Assembly: GCA_048884785.1 (NCBI GenBank) | Contig: JBHLQM010000012.1 | Location: 28,858-59,390, forward strand | Direction: 5' to 3' | Length of the DNA: 30,533 bases | Source: Candidatus Thorarchaeota archaeon | GTDB taxonomy: Archaea; Asgardarchaeota; Thorarchaeia; Thorarchaeales; Thorarchaeaceae | Part shown: in pieces, positions 28,318 to 30,533 of the stretch | Layout of the letters: the number at the start of each line of letters is the position of its first letter | Position numbering within the stretch: the stretch's first letter is position 1 | Position numbers and translations under genes: made by a program | Notes under the pieces: generated by a model | The model's input: only the letters and a program-made list of their open reading frames with translations | Databases searched by the model: none | Told to the model about the DNA's origin: nothing

Positions 28318-29061
28318 TTAGAGAAAATCAAGGAGTGTAGCAATAGAATCGACAACCAGTCTAGGCTGACTTTGGGCACCATACTTCTCCAGCATTTGAG
28401 GAAGGTCTGCATTCCTGTTATTTATCCAGATGGCATCTATTCCGAGAGAAGTCGCGCCAACAATATCAGCATAGAATTCATCGCCCACAAAAAGACAGTC
28501 CTTCGCAGTTGCTCCCAAACATTGAATCACTTGTTGAAATGGTTGGGGCATTGGTTTGTATGCCTTCACATCTCCTGCATCTACGATACATTTGAAGAAA
28601 TGAAGTAGATTCAGTTTTGAAAGAATCAGCTGAATATGATTCTCGAAGCTATTGGTGACGGCTCCAAGAAGTAATGCTGATTCGTGAAGCTTAGTCAGCA
28701 ACTCCTCTGTGCCGGGGTATGCCGTGGATGTTTCAACATGAAGCCACCTAAAAAGACGTGTCCCTTCCTCCACGACTCCAGGGTCTACGGCGAGATTCAT
28801 TGCTTCAAGACTCTCTCTCATGGCGCGCTTTACGACATCATATGGAGCGCTGTATTCGGCTCCTTCTATGATCTCCTTTAACCCCTTCCTATAGTTCGCG
28901 ACTAGATGGGATACGTATTCCTCAGCAACGGCATCAACATCATCAACTGTTTTCTCAAGCAACCACATAGCTGCACGGAGTGGATACCGATGAGTGTCTG
29001 TTAGAGTGGAATCTAAATCAAATATGATGGCTTTGTAGTTTTTGAGAGAGAAAGCAGTCAC
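28318..29061 (-). CDS. HAD-superfamily hydrolase (subfamily IA)
   Basis: Motif I FDLDSTL, motif II VTN, motif III KP, motif IV VGDEFYADI. Confidence 0.93.
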   Translation of the reverse strand: MTAFSLKNYKAIIFDLDSTLTDTHRYPLRAAMWLLEKTVDDVDAVAEEYVSHLVANYRKGLKEIIEGAEYSAPYDVVKRAMRESLEAMNLAVDPGVVEEGTRLFRWLHVETSTAYPGTEELLTKLHESALLLGAVTNSFENHIQLILSKLNLLHFFKCIVDAGDVKAYKPMPQPFQQVIQCLGATAKDCLFVGDEFYADIVGATSLGIDAIWINNRNADLPQMLEKYGAQSQPRLVVDSIATLLDFL

Positions 29062-29069
29062 TGTATGTG

Positions 29070-29840
29070 CTACCCACCCTTTCCTAGATAGATACCCTTT
29101 GGATCCAACTTGTGCATGATGTCGATCAGTTCCTGAGATGGCTCTTCTGTTGTAGGAATGTTATCTGGAACTATTAGATCGAACATTACATTCTCAACTA
29201 TGTCTTCCACAGTATATCCAGGATGAATTGTCATCAATCGAATTCTAAGTGTTTCAGGATCAAAATCGAATTGGCACATATCAGTTATGACAACTTCGGG
29301 CCCCTTTCCAACAAGCGACCACTTCTCACGCGAACCAGGACCTTCAAGATGGCCAGGACTAGTCATATAGTCAAGTTTCTTGACGAACTTCCGCTTGTCA
29401 TGAGACATCATAACAATGAGTCGCTTAGCCGAAGAGGCAATATCATTGCCGCCTCCACTACCTGGCAGTTTCACCTTTGGAGTTTCATATGGACCGATGT
29501 AGCTGGTATTAAGATTGCCAAATTCATCAATCTGTGCTGCTCCAAGAAAACCAACATCAATCCTACCACCCTGCAAAAGAAATCCTAAGGTTTCGATGAG
29601 CCCAATAGCGGCTGAGCAGCCGAGATAATAACGTGTATCAGCTACAGAGAGAGGGACTTCTGCTGGACGCGCGTCAATGAATCCAGCCTCTGAGATTAGG
29701 TTTGACCTCGGAGCATGCGTTTCCTTTGCAAGTAGTGCGGCTAATAGAGGCATTCCAGTACCACCAAAGACATTTTCTCCATCACGAACATGTCTTGCGG
29801 CGCAGGCAATTAGAAATTCAGTCTTTGTGTACTCCACCAT
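29070..29840 (-). CDS. Family I CoA-transferase beta subunit (glutaconate CoA-transferase GctB-like)
   Basis: GTGMP, ISEAG (catalytic Glu), DVGFLGAAQIDEFGNLN, LPGSGGGNDIA. Confidence 0.92.
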   Translation of the reverse strand: MVEYTKTEFLIACAARHVRDGENVFGGTGMPLLAALLAKETHAPRSNLISEAGFIDARPAEVPLSVADTRYYLGCSAAIGLIETLGFLLQGGRIDVGFLGAAQIDEFGNLNTSYIGPYETPKVKLPGSGGGNDIASSAKRLIVMMSHDKRKFVKKLDYMTSPGHLEGPGSREKWSLVGKGPEVVITDMCQFDFDPETLRIRLMTIHPGYTVEDIVENVMFDLIVPDNIPTTEEPSQELIDIMHKLDPKGIYLGKGG

Positions 29841-29842
29841 TC

Positions 29843-30532
29843 TTAGTACCCCCTTGGTTTTTTCGCCCGTAGTTGCTTCAAATGGCTCTCTCCAATCAAC
29901 GACAGATACTCCTGATGTGTTTCCACGCCAAGGATGTATTTTTCTAAGTACTCATGCCATGTCTCTTCGCTGCTAGTTGCCTTATGGAACATCATCAAGT
30001 GCTCCAGATCATAGTCGTAGTAATTGTGGCACATCATTGGGTGCGCAGCATAGGGTAGTTCGACAATATAGTCTACATACATAGCCGGAATCTTCGTCTG
30101 ATCCGGGTGGTTTCTAATCTCTTCCTCATCAATGATCTCTTCTGCAAGAACTATCAGTCTTTTCCCGCATCTCGAACCTTCAATGTCTTCTCCCACAATT
30201 CCATCTATCTGAGCGTTTCCAGTCTTGTCTACTCTCTGCACATGTACAATGCTAAAATCCGGTTGGACAGATGGTACCAAACAGATCTTGTCGCCTGTAA
30301 AGGGACAGTCAATCACTTTGAGCTTATTCTCTCCGCGGTAGCGCGTTTTATTGACCATATCGGTCCCCATCATACTTCTCAAAGGCATAAAGGGGACATT
30401 GAGGGAACCTCCGAGAAAACGAAGTGCCATCGCTAGATTTGTGTAATCCTCAACCTGTAACCTTCCTTCGCTGACTCTTCTTCGGATATTGTTGGAAAGG
30501 CCCAGAGCCTCAATCGCAGAGAACGCGATTTC
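29843..30532 (-). CDS. Family I CoA-transferase alpha subunit (GctA-like), 5'-partial
   Basis: The frame stays open to the window edge (…EIAFSAIEALGLSNNIRRRVSEGRLQVEDYTNLAMALRF). Contains PFMP.RS..GTD, CPFTG and HVQRVDKTGN. Confidence 0.92.
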   Translation of the reverse strand, partial: EIAFSAIEALGLSNNIRRRVSEGRLQVEDYTNLAMALRFLGGSLNVPFMPLRSMMGTDMVNKTRYRGENKLKVIDCPFTGDKICLVPSVQPDFSIVHVQRVDKTGNAQIDGIVGEDIEGSRCGKRLIVLAEEIIDEEEIRNHPDQTKIPAMYVDYIVELPYAAHPMMCHNYYDYDLEHLMMFHKATSSEETWHEYLEKYILGVETHQEYLSLIGESHLKQLRAKKPRGY

Positions 30533-30533
30533 A

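Overview
Gene-dense archaeal chromosomal window with about 26 CDS. I found no rRNA, tRNA, CRISPR array or mobile element. The gene style suggests an Asgard archaeon, most likely Thorarchaeia; this is an inference from GGAGGTGA-type SD sites, TATA/BRE promoters, a split methylmalonyl-CoA mutase, 22-aa LRR proteins and a giant surface protein with a longin-like cytoplasmic tail. The metabolic backbone is a dispersed propionyl-CoA/methylmalonyl-CoA pathway: carboxyltransferase, BirA, the operon B12-binding subunit-meaB-mutase-epimerase, and a family I CoA-transferase. Also present are threonine aldolase, an MFS transporter and a HAD hydrolase. The most unusual items are: (1) a 1858-aa receptor-like protein (LamG + Ig-like repeats + TM + longin-like + wHTH-like tail); (2) a membrane-tethered wHTH regulator next to a His/Met-rich surface protein, with repeats bracketing the TATA box; (3) an LRR-PCI/wHTH-Zn-ribbon protein; (4) a circularly permuted family 5 solute-binding protein with a perfect 24-bp duplication; (5) a bacterial-type RNase HIII coupled to birA; (6) a C45-like Ntn hydrolase lacking its N-terminal Cys. 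All calls come from motif recognition by eye; no database searches were run.
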